This document shows positions 37,663 through 46,878 of a stretch of 64,000 bases of DNA, piece by piece. The stretch comes from a virus, in the IMG/VR virus record IMGVR_UViG_3300019889_000011. One strand, written 5' to 3'. The position numbers and the translations under genes are program-made. The notes beneath the pieces are model-generated. The model did no database searches, was not told where the DNA came from, and saw only the letters and a list, made by a program, of their open reading frames with translations. Numbering within the stretch: the first letter of the stretch is position 1; each line of letters begins with the position of its first letter.

Positions 37663-38106
37663 TTAGACAACGGTTTCTGTTACGGCTCCGGCGATCTCCA
37701 TCGACAGCGTGAACTCGCCGAGGGTGCTGGGCTCGAACGGTCCAACGTCGTACTTCGAGATAAAGCCGACGCCGGTGAGTGTGTAGAGCTGCGTGCCCTT
37801 GTTGACCGGAGCCGTGATCTTGAACGGAAACACCGTGCGCCCCTGCGCAAGAGTGAGGATGGTGAGCTGAGAAGCGTCGCCAGTGAAGTTGCCGGTGATA
37901 TCGACCGTTCCGGGGCTGATGAGGCCGGGAAGCTTTTCCTCTGTCGCGTTCGGGCTTTGCAGGTGGGTGGCGTCGACGACCGGGATGGACGCGATGCTCG
38001 ACTTGATGGACTTGATTTCGGCCATCTGAGAATAAACAATGGGGCTGGCGGGGCTGCCTACAGAGAACGTGGACAGATATCCGATATTGGCTTTGGTTGC
38101 TGGCAT
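37663..38106 (-). CDS. Major tail protein (TP901-1 / GTA g9-like)
   Basis: 147-aa beta-rich protein with a good SD, immediately upstream of the chaperones. Confidence 0.65.
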   Translation of the reverse strand: MPATKANIGYLSTFSVGSPASPIVYSQMAEIKSIKSSIASIPVVDATHLQSPNATEEKLPGLISPGTVDITGNFTGDASQLTILTLAQGRTVFPFKITAPVNKGTQLYTLTGVGFISKYDVGPFEPSTLGEFTLSMEIAGAVTETVV

Positions 38107-38174
38107 GGTCTTGCTCTCCTTCGAAACGGTTGTGGGATTTAGGCGGCGTGATTTTTTTTAGCGGCGTGAAATTT

Positions 38175-38573
38175 TTAGCTGGTCGTAAACCAGAGCTGGT
38201 ACTCCAGCATTCGCCGGAACGAGCGGCTGTCCGGGTCGTAATAATCGATCATGTTGTTCTGGAAACAGCCATCGACGAAGACGTGGTCTGGGTCGGTCAA
38301 CGTTCCTCTGTAGCCGTTGAGCACCGCGTCGATGGCTTTGGCCAAGACAATTGAGTCGGCAGCTGTCTTCCCGTAACAGTCGATCTGAAGTCGCCGCATG
38401 AACAGGGACGACGACGCCTTGAGGTCATAGTTGGCCGTCTGCGAAACACCGAGATAGGTCCACGATGGCAGGGTCTGATCGTTGGGTAGCTGCGCGAAGA
38501 ACCCGCCAACCGGGGCAATCGCGGTCACTGCTGCATTGCCCTTGACTAAGAGGACAACACCGAGTTCGATCAT
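38175..38573 (-). CDS. DUF3168-like tail component (GTA g8-like)
   Basis: About 130 aa; assigned by position and general similarity. Confidence 0.45.
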   Translation of the reverse strand: MIELGVVLLVKGNAAVTAIAPVGGFFAQLPNDQTLPSWTYLGVSQTANYDLKASSSLFMRRLQIDCYGKTAADSIVLAKAIDAVLNGYRGTLTDPDHVFVDGCFQNNMIDYYDPDSRSFRRMLEYQLWFTTS

Positions 38574-39003
38574 GATTTGAGCGTGTCCACCGCTATGCGC
38601 ATGACGTCCGTAAACGCCGTCAGTGCCTGTTTGCTGCCCTCATCGAAGCCCGGTCGCATGAATGGTTGCGCGGGTCCGTGCAGGCCCATCTCAACGAGGA
38701 ATCCATAGACGCCCGGCGACTGCCTGCCTTCGGCGCTCTTATACTCCGGCCCGATGATGACGACGCCGGATTCTTCCTTGGGAGACAGCTTTACCTTCAT
38801 CACCAGCGAGTCGCGTAGTTCACCCGGTCGCTTCTGTAGCGTGCCCTTGAGCAGCACAGGAACCTTCGGCCTGATGGCGTCCAGCAGCACGTTGCCGCTG
38901 GCGACCAGACCCTTGCGCACGGCGCGCTTGGCGACCTTCTGACCGGCCTGCGCCAGCGCATCCTCCACGCCTTTCAATCCTTCGATATCGACGGTGATAT
39001 TCA
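38570..39003 (-). CDS. HK97 gp10-family head-tail joining protein
   Basis: MNITVDIEGLKGVEDALAQAG... is typical of the TIGR01725 family. The ORF-track extension upstream is antisense to the next gene. Confidence 0.5.
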
Positions 39004-39345
39004 TTGGCTGGTTCCGAGTGCAAGGCAGTTCAGGATGAGCACGATGTTGCGTTCGCCCGGGTTCTCGATGGACTGGATGAGGTAGCTTCCGTTCAGCGAG
39101 TCGACGCGCATGGTCGCCTTGATGTTTGGCTGCCAGTAAATCTTGAGAGTGAGGTAGAGCTGCGTCGTGTCCTGTCCCGACTTGATGACTTCTGCTCCCC
39201 TTACAGGTTCGATCTGCGCCCATGTCTTCAGGAGAGGTCTCCACTCTGTCGAGGTGCCGGATGCGTCTTCGACCGTGACGCTCTGATAAATCCACACCAC
39301 GTGGACCATCGCGCCGGGGTCGACCATTGGCCAAGGCTGCGGCAT
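39001..39345 (-). CDS. Head-tail adaptor / head closure protein
   Basis: About 114 aa with the GQDTTQLYLTLKIYWQP motif region typical of the SPP1 gp16 / HK97 gp9 class. Confidence 0.55.
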   Translation of the reverse strand: MPQPWPMVDPGAMVHVVWIYQSVTVEDASGTSTEWRPLLKTWAQIEPVRGAEVIKSGQDTTQLYLTLKIYWQPNIKATMRVDSLNGSYLIQSIENPGERNIVLILNCLALGTSQ

Positions 39346-39909
39346 CTATCGCGCCCTCACCAGCGAGCCATAGGTCAGGCACGAAGTCACGGTGTATGGA
39401 TATTCCGAAGCATCAGTCACTCCCTTTTCGAACGGAAGGCGGCTGTTGTACCAGTGGGAGATGAGAAGCTTCATGCCGACCTTCACGCGTGCTCCGGGGC
39501 CAAACCACCACGGATGATCGAGCAAATAGCCGCTGGTGAAGCGAATCAGGACCGCAGACGAAGGCCACGGCGTAAACGTTGGCCACGTGACGTTATATGG
39601 CGGCGTGATGATGCCGGTGCCCTTGGATGCATCGACGACATAGTCGGAAGATTTCATGACGGTCTGGTTGCCGTTTGAGTCGCGGTATTGCACGAGGTCG
39701 ACAGTGATGAGCGGAGCGCGCATGGCGACGCGATAGGACGGCCAGTAGTCATAGACCAAGTCCCACTGCTTGCGCACCAGATCGCGACCCTGCAAAATCT
39801 CAGCCTGTTCGCGCGCTGCCGTGATCAGCAAGCGCAGCTCAGCTTCGTCCTCTGCGTCGTAAACCGGCGAACGATCTGGAATCTTCAAGTAAGACTTGAT
39901 CTCTGTCAT
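39346..39909 (-). CDS. Head-tail connector (gp6-like) with C-terminal extension
   Basis: MTEIKSYLKIPDRSPVYDAEDEAELRLLITAAREQAEILQGR matches the Phage_connect_1 pattern. The start might instead be 40020. Confidence 0.5.
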   Translation of the reverse strand: MTEIKSYLKIPDRSPVYDAEDEAELRLLITAAREQAEILQGRDLVRKQWDLVYDYWPSYRVAMRAPLITVDLVQYRDSNGNQTVMKSSDYVVDASKGTGIITPPYNVTWPTFTPWPSSAVLIRFTSGYLLDHPWWFGPGARVKVGMKLLISHWYNSRLPFEKGVTDASEYPYTVTSCLTYGSLVRAR

Positions 39910-40016
39910 CGAGATCGGCTCGGTGAAGTACTGCTGCGGCGAAGTCTCGGTGAGGTTGATGCTCCCGTATGGGGTCAGACCCTCAATCGTGCCCGGGCTC
40001 ATGAATGGATATGTGC

Positions 40017-40358
40017 TCATAGGTTCACCAGCCGGACCGCAATACAGGCCCAGACAAATTTGCACGTGTAATGAATCGCCTGATCTTCGTAGAAGTTGAT
40101 CCAGCCTTCACACTTCGCGTAGTCGGTGAAGTAGTGAATGACTAACTCGGCCATCGCCAGCGATAGGCTGCCGGTGATGAGGAGGACCATGCCCATGTGA
40201 ATGAAGCAGTGCGCGAGCATAGCCTGCCACGCCGGGATGCCCTCGACCGGGTTCTTATGGTTCTTCGCTGAGGACAGGAACTGCCCTTGTAGTGGGTAGT
40301 CGCAGAGTGCATGACCAGCGCAAAGCATCATCAGCAAGTAGAGAAAACGGTGCAACAT
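40017..40358 (-). CDS. Small polytopic membrane protein adjacent to GT genes
   Basis: Three to four hydrophobic helices. A GtrA-like flippase role is possible but unproven. Confidence 0.4.
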   Translation of the reverse strand: MLHRFLYLLMMLCAGHALCDYPLQGQFLSSAKNHKNPVEGIPAWQAMLAHCFIHMGMVLLITGSLSLAMAELVIHYFTDYAKCEGWINFYEDQAIHYTCKFVWACIAVRLVNL

Positions 40359-41134
40359 CATAGCGGTCTCACCCGCAGAGGACCGGCCCACTTGAACACC
40401 GATTCACTCGGGAATAGATCGCCGACGACCATGTGGCGGTATCGGTCCTCGAAGTCGTTGTCCGGGTCGATGGAGTTGTACCAGTGGAACTTTCGAACCC
40501 GGTCCTCTTTGTGGAGATAGCCGTAGTGGAGCAACCGAACTGGGAGAGGGACAGCGTCATCCAGCAACTGCGCCGGTGCCGACGAGCAATGAAAGTTTCC
40601 GCCGTACTCCGTCCGCTTGAATGTCAGGTTTCTGTCGGTCAGACGGAAGAGCGACGGGCGACGGAACTCCTCATACCAGCGGTCGACGCGAATCTGATCC
40701 TCGCGGTCCCAGAGATAAACGACGTGCATGGTGCCTGCCGTCACTCGCCCCGCCATGATTACATCCGTGAGCGCCGGGACATCGCGGCTGTCGAGCGCCT
40801 CGTCACCATCGACCATCAGGCAGTAGTCGCCAATCTGCGCGCCAGCCTTCCACACTTCAGCCAGCAAAAAATCCTTGTCGCGAGCCTCGTGGATGCCTTC
40901 GAACGGCGACCGAATAACGGTGCAGTCCAAGTTCTCGCAGATGCTCACGGTGTCGTCGGTTGAGTGATCGTCGAACACGAAGATGCGCTCGCAGATCGGG
41001 TATATGGACCGGATGACGCGCTCGATCCACCGAGCCTCGTTCTTCACTCGCAGCATTCCGTATGTCATAAAGCTATGTTGTCCAGAGCTGAAACCCAGCC
41101 CACTTCTGAGTGAGTCGATTGTGGTAGAGCGCAT
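40358..41134 (-). CDS. GT-A fold glycosyltransferase (GT2-like)
   Basis: LRVKNEARWIERVIRSI...VFDDHSTDDT (DxD) ... MVDGDE. Start uncertain (41068 or 41134). Confidence 0.55.
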   Translation of the reverse strand: MRSTTIDSLRSGLGFSSGQHSFMTYGMLRVKNEARWIERVIRSIYPICERIFVFDDHSTDDTVSICENLDCTVIRSPFEGIHEARDKDFLLAEVWKAGAQIGDYCLMVDGDEALDSRDVPALTDVIMAGRVTAGTMHVVYLWDREDQIRVDRWYEEFRRPSLFRLTDRNLTFKRTEYGGNFHCSSAPAQLLDDAVPLPVRLLHYGYLHKEDRVRKFHWYNSIDPDNDFEDRYRHMVVGDLFPSESVFKWAGPLRVRPL

Positions 41135-41633
41135 GTTGTGCAGACCATTCACTCGATGGAAAGTTCGGCACGTGATTGGCGGCAGCATGCGGGACTATAA
41201 CCTTCATTCCTATCTGTCTCGCCTGCATGCATAGGTCTTCGACATGGCAATGAAACGAATCAAACCTATGCGAATCAAACTTCAATCTTGAATCTGTCGG
41301 AAAGAACACGCAGCAGCTGTCCACCGTGCTGACCTCTCCCGGATTGTGATGGCACCACCGGTACTGGCCTTCCCCCGAACGGCCAACGATGCCGCAAACA
41401 TTCCCCTTGGTAGCCTCTGTCCAGAAAGCCTCAAGCGCTCCATTGCGAAAAATCACGTCAGCATGAACTAAGCCGAAAACTTCTCTTGATGTCGAAAGGT
41501 GTTCGTTTCCGATAGACGCGAGCGCGCGGTTCGAACTGTTGACCACTAGGCGGACGTCCACTTCTTTAGAAATGTGGCTGAAGAAGCCGAAATCATCGCT
41601 GTTCGTCCCAACGACAACCATCGTCAGTCTCAT
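41073..41633 (-). CDS. Putative glycosyltransferase-like protein
   Basis: Sits inside the GT cluster. HADVIF and HCHVEDLC acidic/His motifs; weak. Confidence 0.35.
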   Translation of the reverse strand: MRLTMVVVGTNSDDFGFFSHISKEVDVRLVVNSSNRALASIGNEHLSTSREVFGLVHADVIFRNGALEAFWTEATKGNVCGIVGRSGEGQYRWCHHNPGEVSTVDSCCVFFPTDSRLKFDSHRFDSFHCHVEDLCMQARQIGMKVIVPHAAANHVPNFPSSEWSAQHALYHNRLTQKWAGFQLWTT

Positions 41634-42299
41634 TTAGAGAGGGTGCGCTCCATACTTTCTGACGAATATCTGGCGGTTCTCTTCAAAGGCTGCGGACGGA
41701 TACTGCTCGCCGCGAAACGTAGACTTCAACGAGGAATGGTCGACAAAGCAGTGGTCAAAAACGCCGATCTTCAACCCATGCTGCCGGACCCGCAGACAGT
41801 AAGAGTCGTCGTCATATCCGTACCCGGTGAACTCCTCGTCGAGCAGGCCAACCGTGTCGATGGTGCGTCTGGGGATGAGGACGCAGATGAAGCAGACCAT
41901 GCGCGGGACCTCGCGCAGTCCGATACCTTTCGGATGCTGATGCTCCTGTCCCGTCACGTCGGTGACTGCGGCGATGATCCCGAACTCAGGATGCTCGTCT
42001 GCCTGCCGCTGCATTGCGGTGAAGCCTCCCATCGTGCAAAGCATGGCATCGTCGTTCAACAGAATCACATCGTTATGCGCGGCTGCGGCGATTCCGACGT
42101 TGCAGTTCTGCGAATAGATGAAAGGGGTCTCTACCTCGCGCACGCGGTAGTGCCGGGAAGGTGGGATGAAGTGATTCTGACCGCTGCGGTCCCAGACCAC
42201 GATGATGTCGTCGTTGTAATCGTGGCGCTGAACCGCATCGACGCAGGGAGTGAGGTTCGATAGAGTGCGGCTGGGGATGATGACGGATAGTTGTCTCAT
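41634..42299 (-). CDS. Family-2 glycosyltransferase
   Basis: LSVIIPSR...LLNDD...YGYDDDSYCLR, the classic GT2 signature. Confidence 0.65.
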   Translation of the reverse strand: MRQLSVIIPSRTLSNLTPCVDAVQRHDYNDDIIVVWDRSGQNHFIPPSRHYRVREVETPFIYSQNCNVGIAAAAHNDVILLNDDAMLCTMGGFTAMQRQADEHPEFGIIAAVTDVTGQEHQHPKGIGLREVPRMVCFICVLIPRRTIDTVGLLDEEFTGYGYDDDSYCLRVRQHGLKIGVFDHCFVDHSSLKSTFRGEQYPSAAFEENRQIFVRKYGAHPL

Positions 42300-42940
42300 T
42301 GCTCTTCGGGAATGTGCTTCCAGTTGTCGCCCATCACGCGCGGGCTGGTGTTGCCGGGGTGGTTCGTTGCATACATCATCTTTCCGGCATCGACGCTGAT
42401 AAGCCGCCCTGCCGAAACTGCTACCGATACGAAGTCGTTATCCTCGCCGACGTTCTTCGCTTCAAACGGATGCGCCTGCCACCAGCTGCGCCGGTAGCAG
42501 AGCGATGTGCCAAGTGCATATCCCTTCGTGCCTTCGTACTTCCACCAGCGCTCGCCATCGGTAAAGGGCATCGAGTGGTATCCGCTGACGTCGTAGTTAC
42601 CCAACCGGTCTATCTGGTCGGCAAGTCGGCCAGGACCGCTCCAATCGTCGTCGTCCCAATGGCAGACCACATCTCCGGCTGCAAGGCTGCAACCAAAATT
42701 TCGCTTCTCGCCGATAGTGTGGACACCTGATACATGGACCAACCGTATGCGGTCATCATCAGGAACAAGATCACGAACGTCGTCTCCGTCTGCCAGAATC
42801 AGCAGTTCGCGGCGACTGTACGTCTGCTTCTGAAAGCACACTATCGCCTGCGGTAGCCACTTCCTCCGATTGCGTGTCAGGCACATGCACGTCACGAAAC
42901 GGACGTTCTGGGCGCACCTCTGGCGCTTCGGAAGGAACAA
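42296..42940 (-). CDS. Family-2 glycosyltransferase
   Basis: VTCMCLTRNRRKWLPQAI...ILADGDD...WDDDDW...GED. Confidence 0.6.
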   Translation of the reverse strand: MFLPKRQRCAQNVRFVTCMCLTRNRRKWLPQAIVCFQKQTYSRRELLILADGDDVRDLVPDDDRIRLVHVSGVHTIGEKRNFGCSLAAGDVVCHWDDDDWSGPGRLADQIDRLGNYDVSGYHSMPFTDGERWWKYEGTKGYALGTSLCYRRSWWQAHPFEAKNVGEDNDFVSVAVSAGRLISVDAGKMMYATNHPGNTSPRVMGDNWKHIPEEQ

Positions 42941-43097
42941 CTTGCTTGGTCTCGTAGACCACGGTCGGCGGCTCAGCCTTGTGTGCCAGATGGTTCGCCA
43001 CCAGCTGCTTGCCTATGTCGTCGCTGCACTCAAACTGATCGCCTGCGGCGACGGTGCCGTATACGCCCGTCAATTGTCGGTTTGCGATGAGCTTCAT
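42771..43097 (-). CDS. Small hypothetical protein at head of GT cluster (3' extent doubtful)
   Basis: ORF overlapping the GT2 start in another frame. Confidence 0.25.
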   Translation of the reverse strand: MKLIANRQLTGVYGTVAAGDQFECSDDIGKQLVANHLAHKAEPPTVVYETKQVVPSEAPEVRPERPFRDVHVPDTQSEEVATAGDSVLSEADVQSPRTADSGRRRRRS

Positions 43098-43162
43098 AGT
43101 TTCCTTCTGTTAGGCCAGCGTTACCCCTCACCCAGATCCGAGGTAACAACGCGCTAACTGCT

Positions 43163-43203
43163 CGAAAAAGAAGAGGTCACCGACCCTTGGCTGCGGTGAC
43201 CTC
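43163..43203 (-). terminator. Rho-independent terminator just downstream of major capsid gene
   Basis: GAGGTCACCG...CGGTGACCTC 10-bp stem. On the minus strand it is followed by TTCTTTTTCG. Confidence 0.5.
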
Positions 43204-43226
43204 TGTTTGGAAGTGAAGGCAACTGG

Positions 43227-44426
43227 TTAGGAGGCTGGCGACGAGTTGAACGCACCAGACACGAAACTTCCGGGACGAAGGACCACGAGCGCAAGCCGCT
43301 TTTCTGCACGAATGGCGACGAGGTTCTTCGTGAAGAAGTCAGAGTGCTCCGTCGAAATCTCGACCTGCATCTCCATGCGGTCGCGAATCTCAGCGGCTGC
43401 TGACTGGCCAGAGCCGACAAGGAAGGTGCCCGACACGACGCCGTTGGTCGGCACCGTGATCAAGTCCCAGATGGTCGGATTGCCCTGCGTTTGTGGATCA
43501 CCAAGGATGTAGCGTCCCAAGGTGTCCTTCGTGCGTCGGATGTTCCACCAGTCGCGCGGGTTGAGCGCCACGAAGGTGGGCTCGATCTCGTCGGCAATCT
43601 CAATCTGTTCGATTGCGGCACCGAGTTGATCGATCCGGGTGAAGCTGGACCCCAGCAGTGAGGCATTGAACGGAGTCGCCTGAGTGATCAAACCGTTCAA
43701 GTTCTCGCCGGTGTTGTCACCGCTCAGAAGCTGACGCTCCTCTTCGCGGTTGACATAGTACGGCATCGCCGAGCGCAGGAAGCCTTCGAGTTCAGTGAAG
43801 TCATCGAGCGCCTGCCGTGACGCCGGAATCCAGCTGGCAATCGTCTTCACCGCTGCGGTGGCAGTGGTAAAGGTGACTCCCGCTTCCGGCTTCTGGAGCG
43901 TTTCAGCAACCGGCGACGCGATGTTCGGCGGCTGGTTGACCTTGACGTAGTAGATCAGTCCGGCTGTCGTTGGTCGCGAAGAGAGCATGTCGCGGATGGT
44001 GAGCTTGCGACGTGCTTCCGGCACGATTCCCGGCATACGTTCGATCTCGACTACGCCAGCGGTTCCGGCACCGAGACCGGACAGCGTGACTGTGGTCTTG
44101 ACCTCCATCAGGTCCGATACCTGCTTACCGCTCAGGTTGATGATGGCGTGACCTTTCTTGTCGCGAACAAGGCGGCTAATATCCTCGTTCTCTTTCAGAT
44201 AGTCCAGCAACGATTTCTGTGTTTCTGGGCTGTTGCCGAGCCGCTGTACCAGCTTCAGTTCGAGCGCGTCGTACTGAGTCTGGAGCGCCTTGAGTTCGGT
44301 GACGGTGGTGGAGAGGACAGTGCCGTTATTCTTGGCTTCCTCGCTTGCCTTCTCAAAGTGGTTCTTGAGTTCGGCCTGTAGCGCCACGAGCTTTGCTTCG
44401 AGGGCTTTGGTGTCCTGATTTTCCAT
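43227..44426 (-). CDS. Major capsid protein, HK97 fold (with N-terminal delta domain)
   Basis: 399 aa with a coiled-coil N-terminus then the HK97-like core. Paralogous to 58907-60091. It follows the protease gene. Confidence 0.85.
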   Translation of the reverse strand: MENQDTKALEAKLVALQAELKNHFEKASEEAKNNGTVLSTTVTELKALQTQYDALELKLVQRLGNSPETQKSLLDYLKENEDISRLVRDKKGHAIINLSGKQVSDLMEVKTTVTLSGLGAGTAGVVEIERMPGIVPEARRKLTIRDMLSSRPTTAGLIYYVKVNQPPNIASPVAETLQKPEAGVTFTTATAAVKTIASWIPASRQALDDFTELEGFLRSAMPYYVNREEERQLLSGDNTGENLNGLITQATPFNASLLGSSFTRIDQLGAAIEQIEIADEIEPTFVALNPRDWWNIRRTKDTLGRYILGDPQTQGNPTIWDLITVPTNGVVSGTFLVGSGQSAAAEIRDRMEMQVEISTEHSDFFTKNLVAIRAEKRLALVVLRPGSFVSGAFNSSPAS

Positions 44427-44469
44427 GAGGGATGTTTACCTTTCGAGAATTTGGAATTTGGATCCGCGC

Positions 44470-45495
44470 CTAGTCCTTTGGCGGGATAAGCTTGATGATT
44501 TCGTCGAGGATTTTCTCTGCCGAGTGGGTGTTCTCCGGCTCAGGAATGATCGGCGCGGCTTTCGCTTCGGGAGTGTCGGCGGCCTTATCGTCTTCGTCAT
44601 CAGGGTCGTCGTCGGCTCCTTCCGGGAGAAGTGTGTCGAAAATGTCTTTGAGCTGCTTCACGTGATCGTGTGCAGCTTTCAATGTCGTCATGTTGGCGGC
44701 GCTGAACTCGCGGCCAGCCTTGCTCTCCATGAATGCTTGCAGGCTCTTAGTCACCAGCGCGAGAGCGTGCTCCTGCCGTCGCTCCTGCGACATCAGTTCC
44801 ATGTCGCCATATTGCTCAGTCAGGTATGCGAGATAGAGCGGGAGGTAAGCGAGAAAGGCATCTTTGAACTGGTCAATCGTGACTCCTGCTGCGGTTACCT
44901 TGTCGTCGATAGAGATGCCATCGGCCCACGTCAGGAAGCCGAGCGAGTTGAACAAAGCGCAGAACAATTGCGAACCGGCATCCATCAACTGAAGCTCGGT
45001 CAACTCCGCGTCGAAGGTATCCTTCCGCTCCTTGATTGCTTTGATGGCCGTGACCATTGCGGCCTCGTTCATAGGGAAGGTGACCACGCTGCCCTCCCAC
45101 AACCGCAGCTCCTTCAGGCGGCGGATTTTGCCGTCGACCGATTCTTTGATGGTGTCGTAGCCGATGGACAGTCCCTTGATGATGTGCGCCTTCAGCAGCA
45201 GATAGGCTTTCTGCGCGACCGGCAGGTCCAGCAGAAGCTGGCCCTTGACGCGGAGTGCGTCGGGACTATCGATCAGAGTCAGGGAGCCGATGGGTTCCTC
45301 GGTGTCATGCTGCCAGAGGAGCGGGACCGTGGAGCCGTGCTCCTGAATCGTCTTGGTGAACGCACCCGGCTCGATGAGGTCTTTGCCAAGGTCCACGTTG
45401 TTGTAGACCGCGAGCAGACCATCGAATGATCCGTCCTCGTTGATCGCTTTGATCTCGACCCGGAAGCTGCGCTTTACCTGTTTGATAGATGGCAT
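44470..45495 (-). CDS. Prohead protease fused to scaffold domain
   Basis: N-terminal HK97-type prohead protease (GLSIGY motif, as in the paralog at 58145-58894), then a helical acidic C-terminal scaffold-like region. Confidence 0.7.
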   Translation of the reverse strand: MPSIKQVKRSFRVEIKAINEDGSFDGLLAVYNNVDLGKDLIEPGAFTKTIQEHGSTVPLLWQHDTEEPIGSLTLIDSPDALRVKGQLLLDLPVAQKAYLLLKAHIIKGLSIGYDTIKESVDGKIRRLKELRLWEGSVVTFPMNEAAMVTAIKAIKERKDTFDAELTELQLMDAGSQLFCALFNSLGFLTWADGISIDDKVTAAGVTIDQFKDAFLAYLPLYLAYLTEQYGDMELMSQERRQEHALALVTKSLQAFMESKAGREFSAANMTTLKAAHDHVKQLKDIFDTLLPEGADDDPDDEDDKAADTPEAKAAPIIPEPENTHSAEKILDEIIKLIPPKD

Positions 45496-45525
45496 GACGA
45501 TTGTGTCCTCTCGCGTGTGTTTGCT

Positions 45526-46878
45526 TTACTCGCCGAGCCGCACGAGCGCGGTTTGCGTCGCTGGCTTGTCGCTGCCCGGTATGGTCTGCATGTTGAGTTG
45601 AATGTGGTGAGCGTCGCCACCTTGAATCGGGTCCCAGTTCTCCAGATCGCGAACCTCGTTGACGCTGGTGACCGCGTTCTGGAGCAGCGTCGCGTAGCCT
45701 GCGACCCGGCTCGCGAAGTCGCCACGAAGCAACGCGTCGAGATTGTGCCGAAAGAAGTAGCCTGCGGCCTTCTCCTCCGGCGTGAGCACGCATCGCCATA
45801 GCTCCTGCTCCCAACGGATGAGCCACGAAGAGAGCGTCAACTTCACAAACTGAAGTGCGAGCTGCTCGATGTTGGAGAAGGTCGCGCGTGACAGATCGCC
45901 GACGAGATGTGGCGACACGGAGAACCAGCGGCATATTTCGTTGATATCGAAGAGCCGGGTCTCAAGCATCTGCGCGTCGAGCGGGTTGATGCCGATCTGC
46001 TGGTATTTGGTCCCGTTCTCAAGGATGGGTGCCCGGTGCGGCTCCGAATAGGTCTTCTCCCAATCGGTGCGGAACTTATCGAAGTCCGTGTCGCTGGCGA
46101 ACTTCTTTTCCATGTTGAGGATGTACGGGACGCGACCGCCGTTCGCATAGAAGCGCGCGACGTGACGCTCGGCGGCAATCGCGGTCCCGATGGACTGCCG
46201 CGCCATGTGGATGACGGAGTATCCCTGCACACCGTCCGAACCCAACCCGCGAATGTGGAGGATGTCCTGCGGCTTGCCACGCTGCACGGTGAAGGTCTTG
46301 CTGCTGTTATTGCCGTCCTTCACGACGTAGACGAGCCGCTTCTCTCCAGTCTTCTCGCGGTCGACCATGACCTGCGATTGGTCGATGGGCTGAAGCTCAA
46401 TCGCCGTACCCGTACCACTGCGCCGGATGATCTGTGCATAGCCGTTGCCGTTGAGCACGCACTGGCTGGTGCGGGTCTCGCGGAAGGTCATCGCAGTCAT
46501 CTCGTCGTTGGGAGCGTTGTGTAGCGCGAGATTCATGGGATGGCTACTGGCAACCTCTTTCCCTGTCGCATTCTGCCGGAACATGCTCAGGGGAAGGAAG
46601 CCGACTGTTTCGCTGATCAGGCGGTTGCAGGCCCAGCAGACGGAATGGTTGAGCGCGGTGCTGACGCTCACTCTCTCACCCGACCACGCTGGCGAGCCGC
46701 TAGAGATCATGGCATAGATGCCCCTGTAGCCGTTCTCGCGATACCAGTCCGGGCTTTCCCCTATGCTGAAGGTGCTGACGTCCTTCTTTGCGAGATCGAG
46801 CGATACAGAGCGGTCATCGAAAGCGTCCCTGACGTTTCTGGCGGCGGTCTTCAATGCATCAGTGATTGCAGGAAACAC
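45526..46878 (-). CDS. Portal protein (HK97 family)
   Basis: 450 aa between the terminase and protease genes; composition and layout typical of Phage_portal. Confidence 0.7.
   Translation of the reverse strand: MFPAITDALKTAARNVRDAFDDRSVSLDLAKKDVSTFSIGESPDWYRENGYRGIYAMISSGSPAWSGERVSVSTALNHSVCWACNRLISETVGFLPLSMFRQNATGKEVASSHPMNLALHNAPNDEMTAMTFRETRTSQCVLNGNGYAQIIRRSGTGTAIELQPIDQSQVMVDREKTGEKRLVYVVKDGNNSSKTFTVQRGKPQDILHIRGLGSDGVQGYSVIHMARQSIGTAIAAERHVARFYANGGRVPYILNMEKKFASDTDFDKFRTDWEKTYSEPHRAPILENGTKYQQIGINPLDAQMLETRLFDINEICRWFSVSPHLVGDLSRATFSNIEQLALQFVKLTLSSWLIRWEQELWRCVLTPEEKAAGYFFRHNLDALLRGDFASRVAGYATLLQNAVTSVNEVRDLENWDPIQGGDAHHIQLNMQTIPGSDKPATQTALVRLGE

Noticed and set aside
38754-39023. 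Short plus or minus ORFs overlapping the gp10-like gene, and the 270-aa upstream extension of that gene
   Set aside because: Extension is antisense/overlaps the head-closure gene; the real start is MNITVDIEG at 39003.
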